Assembly (NCBI GenBank): GCA_963711565.1
Contig: CAVQEQ010000004.1
Location: forward strand, 448,001 to 512,000
Origin: an uncultured delta proteobacterium
GTDB lineage: Bacteria > Desulfobacterota > Binatia > Binatales > Binataceae
DNA: 64,000 nucleotides
Direction: 5' to 3'
How positions within the stretch are numbered: the stretch's first letter is position 1; every line of letters starts with the position of its first letter. The translations under genes were made by a program, and so were the position numbers. Below, piece by piece: positions 26,847 to 39,311 of the stretch. Below the pieces are notes generated by a model. That model worked only from the letters and a program-made list of their open reading frames with translations, was not told where the DNA came from and ran no database searches.

Positions 26847-29618
26847 TCAGTGCAGCTCTGCTTTCAGCGCCGTGAGCTCCGCAGCCTCCGCAGCGGCCTC
26901 CTCAACCAGATTCCCCGGGAAGCGATTGTTTAGCGGGCTCATACTTGAGCCTAACTGCACGACGCGATGCGCCATTCTTGCGACCGCGCCGAATGGGGCC
27001 GGCACCAGCTCGGCGGCGTCGCGGAATTCGGCCAGGCTCGCGTCGTCCCATCCCAACAGACCGCTAATGAACATGTAGATAGGCAGCGATCCGATCAGGC
27101 TTAGCAGCACCACCAGCCATCCGCTGCCCGCATGGCCCGGTCCACCCCATACCGCGAGCGCGAAGCTGCGCAGGATCACGTAGTTGCCCACCGCCGCGAG
27201 CGCGGGATTGACCAGTGTCTGCCAGATGCTCAGCGACGGCCACGCGACGAGATAACCCATCAGCGGCCACGCGACGATCGAGCGCAAGATCGACGAGATG
27301 ATAAAGGCGTAGAAGACGCCCTCGAAGCCGTACCGTTGCAGAAAGTACCAGGTGAGGATGACGCGGCTGACGTGCTCGAGCAGCGCGGTCCAGGTGAACG
27401 TCCCGGTGCGGCCGACGCCCTGGAAAACCTGGTCGGGCAGGCGCGTGGTGAAATCGGCCAGCCGCCATAGATGCATCAGCCACATGACGGTCGCGGCACG
27501 CACAAACTGCGGCGGCAGCAGGCCCTTGATGAAAACGTCGGAGAACGCGATGAACGTTCCGCCCAGCATCGACGACACCATGATTCCCCAGCGCAGGCCC
27601 TGGTCGAGGTAGCGCCGCGTCAGCGCCATCTTGGCCTGCGAGTAGCTCTCCGATATCGACGGCATCAGCGTGGTGAAAATGTACGCGCCGGTTTCGAGAT
27701 AACCGAATGAGAACGCGAAGGTGAGCAGGAAAATTTCGTTGAGCTCGAGAAAGTCGGGCAGCAGAACCGCCATCAACACCGGCACCAATCCCCAACTGAT
27801 CGCGATGGCAAGTTGTCCGCCGGTGAGCTTCGCGCCGTAGATGATCGATTTCTTGACGGTCGCGCGATCGAAATGAGCTAGGAAAATTGTGACCAGATTG
27901 AAGCCCATCTTCTCGTAGAAGATCGAACAGAACAGGCCCATCAGCAGGTTGGCGATCACGCCGCCGATCGCGAATCCGAATACGACGCCCATCCCCTCGC
28001 CGAACACCGGATGCATCAGGCCCCAGTGGCGCATGTACACGCCACAGATCATCTGCACGACGGGATTCAGCACGTAGGTCAGGACGATCAGCAGTTGCGC
28101 GTAATCGAAGCGCTGCAGCGCGCGGAACAGCGAGAAAAAAATCGAGATGAAGCCGGGGAACTGGATCATCGTGTGCAACACGACGAACCACGCCAGGTAC
28201 GCGACCGGCGTATGCGGCAGCCATGCGGCGGCGGCCAATCCCAGCGCCGTGATTTGAAACATCCCGGCGATCGCGTGGAACCAGATGAAGAACTGCGCGA
28301 AGGTGATCGCGCGAGCCGGGTCGGTCAGGCGATACTCGGCAAAATATTTCACCATCGCCTGGCTGGTGCCGAGGTCGAGCAGCGTGAAAAAAATCAGCAT
28401 GAACTGCGTGACGGCGGCCCACGCGCCGCGCGCTTCGAGAAACGGATTGACGAAGTTGCGCTCGATGTAAAACGTCACGGCGAAGTTCAGCGGGATCATG
28501 ATGATCAGCGACAGCAGGTAGTTGTAGAAGAAGCCGCTGAGCGGGCGATGGAAGCCGACGATTTCCCATCGCGGATCGCCGCGCGCGGTGTCGCTTCCGC
28601 TCGTTGCGGGCGCCGCTGGAGCGGCGGCGGCCGCGCCCAGCGAAGCGGGCTGCGGTTTCGCCGCCATGGTCGAGCGGTAAAAGTGTTCGAGCAACTCGGG
28701 ATGCCGCAAGCTGTAGCGGCGGACGATCACGTAGGCGACGACGAACATCGCGAACATCGCGAGAAAGATCGCGGCGAGGATCCTGATCTGCGTGCGATCG
28801 GGAACCGGCGACGCGATCCAGTCGCCATACGCGACGACCGGGACGCCCGCTGCCGTGCGCGACATCGCGTACAGCAGCCAATTGAAATACGGCCAGCGCT
28901 GAAAATCGTAATTCTCCGCGCCCTCGATGCCCTCGAGCATCGTCAGCATGCTCGCGATGCGTGCGCGCTGGTCGCCGTTGCGCAACCATTCGTTGAGCAC
29001 GTAAATGGTGCCCTTGCCGGAATGCATGCGGATCAGGATGGGAGTCGCCGGCGCGACCGGGTCGCGTGCATTAGTCTTGACCAGCACCTCGGCGCCGTTC
29101 ACGTCGAGAAGCGAGCGCTCATGCACGCGCACCGCCGACAGCCAGCTGATGTTGCGCGCGAGCGGGTCGGCTTTCGGCCCGACCCAGTTGACGACTGCCG
29201 CGATATGCTCGAGACCCTGGCCGTGAGCAGCGCCGCGCGCAACATCGACGATGCCGGTCTGCTTGATCGCGCCGTTGGTGAACGACGCGAGCGCGGCGGG
29301 GTCGGTATGGCGTCCGAGAATCAGCACGACGCCCATTCCCGACGCGACCCGCGACTTGAGCGTTTCGAGCTCAGGGCCGGGCGGAGGCAGATTGTCCTGG
29401 TAGATCGCAGTCGCGGCGTCGTCGAGAGTCGTGACGCGATGCGTACTCGGATCGAGCAGCAAGCGCGTGAGGACAAGGTCCTCGCTGCCGGAATAGTAGA
29501 TGTTGAATTGCGACTCGGCAGCGTGCGCGACGGCCGGAAGCAGAAGCGCGATCAAAAGCGCGGCAACAGTACGCGCGAGACGTTTGACGGATACTGATTC
29601 CGCGAACCGATACCGCAA
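26847..29618 (-). CDS. Large membrane protein: exported N-terminal domain fused to MOP/Wzx-like flippase domain
   Basis: Signal peptide (PAVAHA-AE), ~260-aa soluble domain, TM, Ala/Pro linker, then ~12-14 TMs with LDLGTSQAMVKYFAEY and LMPSISES, typical of oligosaccharide flippases. Confidence 0.7.
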   Translation of the reverse strand: MRYRFAESVSVKRLARTVAALLIALLLPAVAHAAESQFNIYYSGSEDLVLTRLLLDPSTHRVTTLDDAATAIYQDNLPPPGPELETLKSRVASGMGVVLILGRHTDPAALASFTNGAIKQTGIVDVARGAAHGQGLEHIAAVVNWVGPKADPLARNISWLSAVRVHERSLLDVNGAEVLVKTNARDPVAPATPILIRMHSGKGTIYVLNEWLRNGDQRARIASMLTMLEGIEGAENYDFQRWPYFNWLLYAMSRTAAGVPVVAYGDWIASPVPDRTQIRILAAIFLAMFAMFVVAYVIVRRYSLRHPELLEHFYRSTMAAKPQPASLGAAAAAPAAPATSGSDTARGDPRWEIVGFHRPLSGFFYNYLLSLIIMIPLNFAVTFYIERNFVNPFLEARGAWAAVTQFMLIFFTLLDLGTSQAMVKYFAEYRLTDPARAITFAQFFIWFHAIAGMFQITALGLAAAAWLPHTPVAYLAWFVVLHTMIQFPGFISIFFSLFRALQRFDYAQLLIVLTYVLNPVVQMICGVYMRHWGLMHPVFGEGMGVVFGFAIGGVIANLLMGLFCSIFYEKMGFNLVTIFLAHFDRATVKKSIIYGAKLTGGQLAIAISWGLVPVLMAVLLPDFLELNEIFLLTFAFSFGYLETGAYIFTTLMPSISESYSQAKMALTRRYLDQGLRWGIMVSSMLGGTFIAFSDVFIKGLLPPQFVRAATVMWLMHLWRLADFTTRLPDQVFQGVGRTGTFTWTALLEHVSRVILTWYFLQRYGFEGVFYAFIISSILRSIVAWPLMGYLVAWPSLSIWQTLVNPALAAVGNYVILRSFALAVWGGPGHAGSGWLVVLLSLIGSLPIYMFISGLLGWDDASLAEFRDAAELVPAPFGAVARMAHRVVQLGSSMSPLNNRFPGNLVEEAAAEAAELTALKAELH

Positions 29619-29713
29619 ATGGCTTCCCCGAATCGAACTGGATTCAACGGCCGGTTGATACTACAAGTTTTTGTGGCTGCTTGACACACGAAATTTCAGA
29701 CGGAGGTTCTCCC

Positions 29714-30226
29714 ATGGACGCTCTTGAAGCGATTCTCTCACGCAAGGTGCAGCGGGTGTTCGCGGACCAACCGGTCGAGCGCGAAAAACTCGCGAAGATC
29801 GTCGATGCCGGACGCCATGCGATGAGCGCGCGCAACCTGCAGCCGTGGCAATTCGTCGTGATTCAAAATCGCGAGCGGCTCAAGGAGATTGGCGCGCTGT
29901 GCTCGACCGGCAAGTTCGTAACGGACGCGCCGTCGGCGATCGTTGTGCTCAAGGACGCCGCCAACGCGCGATGGGCCGACGTGGATTGCGGGCAGGCGGT
30001 GCAGAACATGGCGAACGCGGGCTGGGCGCTCGGGCTCGGCACCTGCTGGGTCGGCAATTTTGACAACGCGAAAATCGGCGCGATGCTCGGCGTCAAGGAT
30101 GGATGGGCAATCTTCACGATTCTGCCGTTCGGCTACGCCGACCCGAAAAATCCGCCGCAGTCCAAGCCGCTAAAGCCGCGCGGCGAGATGGTGCATTATG
30201 AGCGCGTGGGAAATCCCAAGCCGTAG
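29714..30226 (+). CDS. Nitroreductase family protein
   Basis: AILSRK..R.F, SARNLQPWQF, GLGTCWVG; GGAGG RBS. Confidence 0.88.
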   Translation: MDALEAILSRKVQRVFADQPVEREKLAKIVDAGRHAMSARNLQPWQFVVIQNRERLKEIGALCSTGKFVTDAPSAIVVLKDAANARWADVDCGQAVQNMANAGWALGLGTCWVGNFDNAKIGAMLGVKDGWAIFTILPFGYADPKNPPQSKPLKPRGEMVHYERVGNPKP

Positions 30227-30270
30227 AGATCTGATAGAGTCTGGACACTGACAAAAAGGAAGTTTTTGCG

Positions 30271-30711
30271 ATGGCGATAAAACAGCAGGTTCCACCCGAA
30301 GCGTACGAAACGCTGAAGAATAATCCGGACGCGCTCTACCTCGACGTTCGCACCGAAGGCGAGTTTGCGGCGGGCCATCCAGCCAACGCAATCAATATCC
30401 CCGTGATGGTTGCGAAGGGTGCGGGCCAGATGCAGTTGAATCTCGATTTTGTCGAAGTCGCCGAGAAGGTAATTCCCAAAGGCAGGAAGCTCGTCGTCGG
30501 ATGCATGGCGGGCGGACGGTCGCAGCGCGCGTGCGAGATGCTCGAAGAGGCGGGGTTCACCGACCTGACGAATGTGGTCGGCGGTTTTGGCGGCCAGCGC
30601 GATCAGTCAGGCAAGATCGTCGTCGCGGGATGGAAGGAAGGGGGACTGCCGGTGACCACCGACCTCGGCGACGCGGCATACGCGGCGCAGCGCGCGAAGG
30701 CGGGCGTTTGA
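30271..30711 (+). CDS. Rhodanese-like domain protein
   Basis: LDVRTEGEFAAGH..NAINIP, CMAGGRS. Confidence 0.88.
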   Translation: MAIKQQVPPEAYETLKNNPDALYLDVRTEGEFAAGHPANAINIPVMVAKGAGQMQLNLDFVEVAEKVIPKGRKLVVGCMAGGRSQRACEMLEEAGFTDLTNVVGGFGGQRDQSGKIVVAGWKEGGLPVTTDLGDAAYAAQRAKAGV

Positions 30712-31367
30712 TGGCGATACGTCTGAGCAGGATTTACACGCGCACCGGCGACAAGGGACAGACCGCGCTGGTCGGCGGCAAGCGCGTTCCCAAGGAGAGC
30801 GCGCGGCTGGAGGCTTACGGGACGACCGACGAGCTGAATTCGATCATCGGGATCGTGCGCACCTACCTGCCGCAATATCGCGACGGCTTCGGCAGTGACT
30901 TCGACGCCTATTCGGAGAGCCTGCGGCGCATACAGAACGAATTGTTTGACGTTGGTAGCGAACTCGCGACGCCGCCCGACGGCGAGTATCCGCAGATGCA
31001 TAAGATGGGCGCCGGCGAGATCAAGAAGCTCGAAGAAGAAATGGACGCGATGGAAAAGGAGCTCGAGCCGCTGAAATCCTTCACGCTGCCGGGCGGCGGC
31101 GTGCTCAACGCGTTCCTGCATCAGGCGCGCACGGTCTGCCGTCGGGCGGAGCGCGTGTGCTGGCGCCTCAAGCGCGAAGAGGACATCAACGACAATCTCA
31201 TCATCTATGTGAACCGCCTCAGCGACCATCTGTTCGTGCAGTCGCGATGGGTCGCGAAGCGGCTTAACGAGCCCGAATTTCTGTGGGACCGCGCGCTGCG
31301 GATCGAAGAAGATAAGAAGGCCGCGCGCGTGGTGAATAGCAAGTCGAGTCGCGGATCGAAATCCTGA
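30711..31367 (+). CDS. PduO-type cob(I)alamin adenosyltransferase
   Basis: IYTRTGDKG.T, AYGT.DELNS, IQNELFDVG, ARTVCRRAER, NRLSD.LF. Confidence 0.92.
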   Translation: MAIRLSRIYTRTGDKGQTALVGGKRVPKESARLEAYGTTDELNSIIGIVRTYLPQYRDGFGSDFDAYSESLRRIQNELFDVGSELATPPDGEYPQMHKMGAGEIKKLEEEMDAMEKELEPLKSFTLPGGGVLNAFLHQARTVCRRAERVCWRLKREEDINDNLIIYVNRLSDHLFVQSRWVAKRLNEPEFLWDRALRIEEDKKAARVVNSKSSRGSKS

Positions 31368-31382
31368 GCGGAGAACCTGGCG

Positions 31383-34135
<2,753 letters not shown>

Positions 34136-34203
34136 AAGTGGTGCTTGATCCCAGAACCCTCACCTAACCTCTTCCATGAAATAACGGGCGAGGGACCTGA
34201 GTC

Positions 34204-34497
34204 ATGACGACTCAAAACAAATCGGGCCGCGCCAGGTTGCATCTGATCGTCGTCGGCCGGGTGCAGGGAGTTGGCTTTCGATTCTCGGCGTACGACGAGG
34301 CCAAAGAACTCGCACTTGCCGGATGGGTACGCAATATCGCGAGCGGCGAGGTCGAAATTATTGCGGAGGGCAGCCGAGAAAACTTGCAGATGCTGGCAGC
34401 ATGGGCACATCTGGGCCCGCCGTCAGCGCACGTAACCGCAGTACGCGAAGAGTGGGGCGATGTTACAGGGGAATTTTCCGAGTTCCGGATTCGCTGA
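34204..34497 (+). CDS. acyP: Acylphosphatase
   Basis: GRVQGVGFR, GWVRN, GPPSAHV. Confidence 0.93.
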   Translation: MTTQNKSGRARLHLIVVGRVQGVGFRFSAYDEAKELALAGWVRNIASGEVEIIAEGSRENLQMLAAWAHLGPPSAHVTAVREEWGDVTGEFSEFRIR

Positions 34498-34636
34498 TTT
34501 TGCCTCAAAAACGTGGCCCTTTAATGCTCCCTTTGGATTAGCTATGCTTTAAATCCGCGTGTTGGAGTATTTGCAGAGCTTCGGAATAGCGGAGTAATTT
34601 TCAATCAGGCTCTAACCACAAGGAGATTGGACTGAG

Positions 34637-36529
34637 ATGGCTGTACCACCTGAGGCGGCTGGGCAAGCTGCCGAGTCGCATGGTTCCGTGGGGTCAGCGC
34701 TTAAACCACATCTGAAGCGCGACCACGTCGTTATCCGTTTCGCGGGCGACTCTGGCGATGGGATGCAGTTGACGGGGATGCAGTTTACGGCCGAATCGGC
34801 GCTGGCCGGCAACGATATCGCGACACTGCCCGACTTTCCCGCTGAAATCCGCGCGCCGCAAGGCACGCTGGCCGGAGTCAGCGGCTTCCAGCTTAATTTT
34901 TCGAGCAGCGAAATTTTCACCGCCGGCGACGAGCCCAACGTGCTGGTTGCGATGAATCCCGCGGCGCTGCAGGCGAACATCGAGGATGTCCCGCCTAACG
35001 CCGTCATCATCGTGGATCGCGAAGCGTTCACCGAATCCAACGTCAAGCGCGCCGGTTACAAGAGCAATCCGCTCACCGACCATTCGCTCGACAAGTTCCA
35101 GGTGATCGAAGTCGACGTGACCAAGCTCACCTCGCTCGCCGTGCATGGGATGGGCCTGAACAATCGCGCAGTGTTCCGATGCCGCAACATGTTCGTGCTC
35201 GGGATGCTGTCGTGGCTGTATCAGCGGCCGATCGAGAGCACGCTCACCTACCTCGAAAGCCGCTTCAAGAAGACGCCGGAGGTTCTCGAGGCGAACATCA
35301 AGGTGCTCAAGGCCGGGTTCAACTACGGCGAGACGACCGAGATGTTCGCGAGTTCCTACGAAGTGCCGGCCGCGCGAATCTCGCCGGGACTCTATCGCAA
35401 CATCACGGGCAACAGTGCGACCGCGCTGGGATTCGTGGCCGCTGCCGTCAAGTCGGGACGTCCGCTATTCCTCGGCTCGTATCCGATCACGCCCGCCAGC
35501 GACATTCTGCACGAACTTTCAGGCTTCAAGAATTTCCCCGTTTATACTTTCCAGGCCGAGGACGAAATCGCCGGCGTGTGCGCGGCGATCGGTGCGTCCT
35601 TCGGCGGCTCGATCGCGATCACGACGACCTCTGGCCCCGGCATGAACCTGAAGGCCGAGGCGGTCGGGCTCGCGGTAAAGGTTGAGCTGCCGCTGGTGAT
35701 TACCGACATCCAGCGCGCGGGACCGTCCACTGGCATGCCGACCAAGCCCGAGCAGGCCGACTTGCTGCAGTCGATGTACGGACGGCATGGCGAGTCGCCG
35801 ATTCCGATTATCGCGGCGTCAACGCCCGCCGACTGTTTCGAGTGCGCATACGAGGCGGTGCGGATCGCAGTCAAGTACATGACGCCGGTGATCCTGCTCA
35901 CCGACGGCCAGCTTGCCAATGGCGCCGAGCCGTGGCTGCTGCCCGATGCGGACAAGCTCCCCGAGATCAAAGTCGAGTTCGCGACGAATCCCGAAGGCTT
36001 CTTACCTTACAATCGCGAACCGGAGACGCTTTCCCGTCCGTGGGCGGTGCCGGGGACCAAGGGCCTTGAGCATCGCGTGGGCGGCCTGTCGAGCGAGAAC
36101 CTGACCGGCAACGTCAGCTACTCGCCGGCTAACAACGAGCTGATGGTTCGCACGCGGGCGCGCAAAATTGCTGGCATCGCGCGCGAGATCCCGCCGACGC
36201 AAGTCTTCGGCGACGCCGACGGCGACCTGGTCGTGCTCGGATGGGGCTCGACCTACGGCCCGATTCGCGAAGCCGTCAAGCATGTTCGCGCGAAGGGCAA
36301 GAAAGTCTCGCACGTGCATCTGCGCTATCTGAATCCGCTTCCGCGCGACCTCGAAGAGACGCTCAAGCGTTTCAAGCAGGTCATGATCCCCGAAATGAAC
36401 ATGGGACAACTGCTCAAGATGATTCGCGCCGACTACCTGATCGACGCATTCGGGTTTAACAAAATCCAGGGCCGTCCGTTCAAAGTCAGCGAGATCGAAA
36501 ACCGCATCAACCGGGCCCTGGAGGGCTGA
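34637..36529 (+). CDS. korA: 2-oxoacid:acceptor (ferredoxin) oxidoreductase alpha subunit
   Basis: IRFAGDSGDGMQLTG, YPITPAS, QAEDEIA, TTSGPG, QRAGPSTGMPTK, EMNMGQL. Confidence 0.92.
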   Translation: MAVPPEAAGQAAESHGSVGSALKPHLKRDHVVIRFAGDSGDGMQLTGMQFTAESALAGNDIATLPDFPAEIRAPQGTLAGVSGFQLNFSSSEIFTAGDEPNVLVAMNPAALQANIEDVPPNAVIIVDREAFTESNVKRAGYKSNPLTDHSLDKFQVIEVDVTKLTSLAVHGMGLNNRAVFRCRNMFVLGMLSWLYQRPIESTLTYLESRFKKTPEVLEANIKVLKAGFNYGETTEMFASSYEVPAARISPGLYRNITGNSATALGFVAAAVKSGRPLFLGSYPITPASDILHELSGFKNFPVYTFQAEDEIAGVCAAIGASFGGSIAITTTSGPGMNLKAEAVGLAVKVELPLVITDIQRAGPSTGMPTKPEQADLLQSMYGRHGESPIPIIAASTPADCFECAYEAVRIAVKYMTPVILLTDGQLANGAEPWLLPDADKLPEIKVEFATNPEGFLPYNREPETLSRPWAVPGTKGLEHRVGGLSSENLTGNVSYSPANNELMVRTRARKIAGIAREIPPTQVFGDADGDLVVLGWGSTYGPIREAVKHVRAKGKKVSHVHLRYLNPLPRDLEETLKRFKQVMIPEMNMGQLLKMIRADYLIDAFGFNKIQGRPFKVSEIENRINRALEG

Positions 36530-36534
36530 TCGAA

Positions 36535-37533
36535 ATGGCTACCGCTCTTAACCGCAAGGATTTCGTCTCCGACCAGGAAGTTCGCTGGTGCCCCGGATGC
36601 GGTGATTACGCAATCCTGGCCGCAGTGCAGAAGACGATGCCCGAATTCGGCATCGCACCCGAGAACACAGTCTTCATCTCCGGCATCGGATGCTCGAGCC
36701 GGTTCCCCTATTACATGAACACCTACGGCTTTCACACGATTCACGGCCGCGCGCCGGCGTTCGCGACGGGGCTGAAGGTTTCGCGGCCCGATCTCGACGT
36801 ATGGGTGGTGACCGGTGACGGCGACGGGCTGTCGATCGGCGGCAATCACTTGATCCACGTGCTCAGGCGCAACGTCGATCTGAAGATTCTGCTGTTCAAC
36901 AACAAAATCTACGGACTCACCAAGGGCCAGTACTCGCCGACTTCGGAAGTCGGCAAGGTCACCAAGTCCACGCCGGCCGGCTCGGTCGATTTTCCCTTCA
37001 ATCCGATCACGGTGGCGCTCGGCACGCACGCGACTTTCGTTGCGCGCACAATCGACGTCGAGCAGAAGCATCTCGGCGAGATGCTCAAGCGCGCCCATGC
37101 GCATCGCGGCGCGTCGTTCATCGAGATCCTGCAGAACTGCAACATCTTCAACGACGGCGCTTTCAACAACGTCAGCGACAAGGCCCTCAAGGCCGACCAT
37201 CAGCTGGTGCTCGAGCATGGCAAGCCCCTTATCTTCGGCAAGAATCGCGACATGGGAATCAAGATGAACGGGATGCGTCCCGAGGTGGTCCAGCTCGGCG
37301 CGGGCGTCACCGAGGCGGACCTCGTCGTGCACGACGAGACCAATCTCTCGCTGGCATTCATGCTCGGCAACTTCGAGCCCCCGCTGCCAACGCCGGTGGG
37401 CGTCTTCTACGCAGTCGCGCGCCCGACCTACGACGGCGCCGTCAACAAGCAGCTCGAAGACGCGAAAGCCAAGCAGGGCGCTGGCGACCTGAAGACTCTG
37501 CTAGGCAAGGGCGATACCTGGACCGTGAGCTAA
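36535..37533 (+). CDS. korB: 2-oxoacid:ferredoxin oxidoreductase beta subunit
   Basis: WCPGCGD, SGIGCSSR, HGRA, GDGD..SIGGNH, YGLTKGQ.SPT. Confidence 0.92.
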   Translation: MATALNRKDFVSDQEVRWCPGCGDYAILAAVQKTMPEFGIAPENTVFISGIGCSSRFPYYMNTYGFHTIHGRAPAFATGLKVSRPDLDVWVVTGDGDGLSIGGNHLIHVLRRNVDLKILLFNNKIYGLTKGQYSPTSEVGKVTKSTPAGSVDFPFNPITVALGTHATFVARTIDVEQKHLGEMLKRAHAHRGASFIEILQNCNIFNDGAFNNVSDKALKADHQLVLEHGKPLIFGKNRDMGIKMNGMRPEVVQLGAGVTEADLVVHDETNLSLAFMLGNFEPPLPTPVGVFYAVARPTYDGAVNKQLEDAKAKQGAGDLKTLLGKGDTWTVS

Positions 37534-37561
37534 ACGCCGAATCCAACTAACGAAAGGAAGA

Positions 37562-37600
37562 GGGCCCGTGAGCAAATCTCGCGGGCCTTTTTCATTTTTG
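37562..37600 (+). terminator. Rho-independent terminator after korB
   Basis: ggcccgtgag-caaat-ctcgcgggcc followed by tttttcattttt. Confidence 0.8.
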
Positions 37601-37602
37601 GT

Positions 37603-38010
37603 TTATCGATTCGCGACTTGGTTCAACAATTTCTTCGATGCGGACCTGCGCCACGCGTTGCCGAAGATTCTCTTCACCTCGTCGGGATGCACCTTCGGCA
37701 GCCGCACCAGCACCATCGGGTAGTTGCGATAGTGCTCGGTGAAGTAGAACGTCTCGGGCTCGCCTTCGACCAACATCTCACGCTCGCCGAATTCCATCCG
37801 AATCGCGAGCGACTCGCCGTCTTCCTTCATTCGGCAGATGAGTTTCTTGCTCACTCGATACCCGAGCGTGCCGTAGGAAGTCCCTTCCTCGACGCCGGGG
37901 AAGCTGAGCGCGATCCGCCGCAATGTTTCGATGTCGGTCGAGAAAGTCTGGCGCGCCGGCTTCAGGTTCGACGATTTCCGCGACGCGCCTTTTACCGCGG
38001 CAGCTCGCAC
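37603..38010 (-). CDS. MmcQ/YjbR family protein (start uncertain)
   Basis: IALSFPGVEEGTSYG, PETFYFTEHY..YP.VLVRL, AWR. Confidence 0.75.
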   Translation of the reverse strand: MRAAAVKGASRKSSNLKPARQTFSTDIETLRRIALSFPGVEEGTSYGTLGYRVSKKLICRMKEDGESLAIRMEFGEREMLVEGEPETFYFTEHYRNYPMVLVRLPKVHPDEVKRIFGNAWRRSASKKLLNQVANR

Positions 38011-39164
38011 TTGTAAACCTTCATCACGTTCTCGCCCATTACTTTCGCGCGCGCCGTCGCCGGCAGCTTGTGCGCCAGCTCCTCGACTTCCTCGATGTAG
38101 TTGCCGACGTGATCGGGATGCGGAAAGTCCGACGCCCAGAAAAATTTGTCGGCGCCGCACAGCTCGACCATCGCGGGCAGCGATCGCTCGTCCGGGTCCG
38201 CCGAAATCCAGCAGTTGCGCTTGAAGTAGAAACTCGGCTTCTCCTTGAGCGACACCGTGCGGCCCATCGCGCTCGCATAGACGGCGTCGAGCCGCCCCAG
38301 CCAGTAATCGATCCATCCCGCGCCCGCTTCGAGCAGCACCAGCCGCATCTTCGGAAATTTGTCGAAGGTGGCGTATTGGAAGAAGCTGGTGAACGCATGC
38401 CGAATCGCGTCGGCCGCGACGATGTTCAAAAAATAATAATTCCCGCGCATGAATTTGCGATCGTAACGACCCGGCGCCGCCCACACCGGTTCGAGCGACG
38501 GATGAATTCCAATCGGGACGTCGAGTTCCTGCGCCTTGGCGAATAGCACATCGTGATCGGGATGCGCATGAGGTTTGCGCGTCATCACGAATTGCGCGAC
38601 CCATCCGCCTTTGCATCCAGCCTTGACCGCGCGTTCGAGCTCGATCGCCGCTGCCGCCGGATCGCCGAGCGACAGATGCGCAATCGGGATCAGCTTGCCA
38701 CCGCTCTCAGAGCAGAAGTCCACGATGTACCGGTTGTAGGCGCGCGTGCACGCCTGCGCGAGCTCGGCGTCTTCGGTCTCGGTCTCCCATAGCAGGCTCA
38801 TCGTCGGATAGAGAAACGCGGCGGCGAGACCTTCAGCCTCGATTCGCTTGAGCCGTTCCATCGCGTCCATCGCGCCGAACGGAGCGAAGCCACCGTAAGT
38901 GGGAGGCGCGTCCCATTTGTCGTCGCGCGTCGTGCCCATCGCGGAGAGCGCGCCGAGGCGCCCGCCGCTGAAAACCTTCGACGGACGCCCCGCGACTTCC
39001 AGGTATTCGAGTCCCTTGTCATCGACGCGAACTCTGACGGCGCGGTCCTTGTACTTCGCTTCGATATAGCGGTCCCACAGGCCGGCGTCCTCGAGGATAT
39101 GCCCGTCGGCATCGACGGCGCCGGTGAAGGTCAGTTTCTGGATTCCATCGAGAGCATTCGACAT
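37992..39164 (-). CDS. Amidohydrolase_2 family protein
   Basis: VDADGHILE, YNRYI.DFC, IHPS, LEAGAGW, WASDFPHPD. Confidence 0.88.
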   Translation of the reverse strand: MSNALDGIQKLTFTGAVDADGHILEDAGLWDRYIEAKYKDRAVRVRVDDKGLEYLEVAGRPSKVFSGGRLGALSAMGTTRDDKWDAPPTYGGFAPFGAMDAMERLKRIEAEGLAAAFLYPTMSLLWETETEDAELAQACTRAYNRYIVDFCSESGGKLIPIAHLSLGDPAAAAIELERAVKAGCKGGWVAQFVMTRKPHAHPDHDVLFAKAQELDVPIGIHPSLEPVWAAPGRYDRKFMRGNYYFLNIVAADAIRHAFTSFFQYATFDKFPKMRLVLLEAGAGWIDYWLGRLDAVYASAMGRTVSLKEKPSFYFKRNCWISADPDERSLPAMVELCGADKFFWASDFPHPDHVGNYIEEVEELAHKLPATARAKVMGENVMKVYKCELPR

Positions 39165-39284
39165 CGGTGATAGCTCCGCATGCGCACGAGATTTCTCATT
39201 TATAGTTCACGCAGCGATGCGCGCAAAGCCAAAGCGGACCAGCAACAACGTCGCCAACCACGGAGGACGGCTTACCGCAGTTTC

Positions 39285-39311
39285 AACACTGGGTGCAGGG
39301 GTCACCCCTGC
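39285..39311 (-). repeat. Truncated REP-like family A copy abutting the DUF1329 stop codon
   Basis: aacactgggtgcaggggtcacccctgc, identical to 8574-8600. Confidence 0.8.

Noticed and set aside
9400-29700. Apparent ~3.3-kb periodicity of AT-rich patches
   Set aside because: Several points are ordinary gene ends or intergenic regions, extra patches break the pattern, and I cannot test it statistically.
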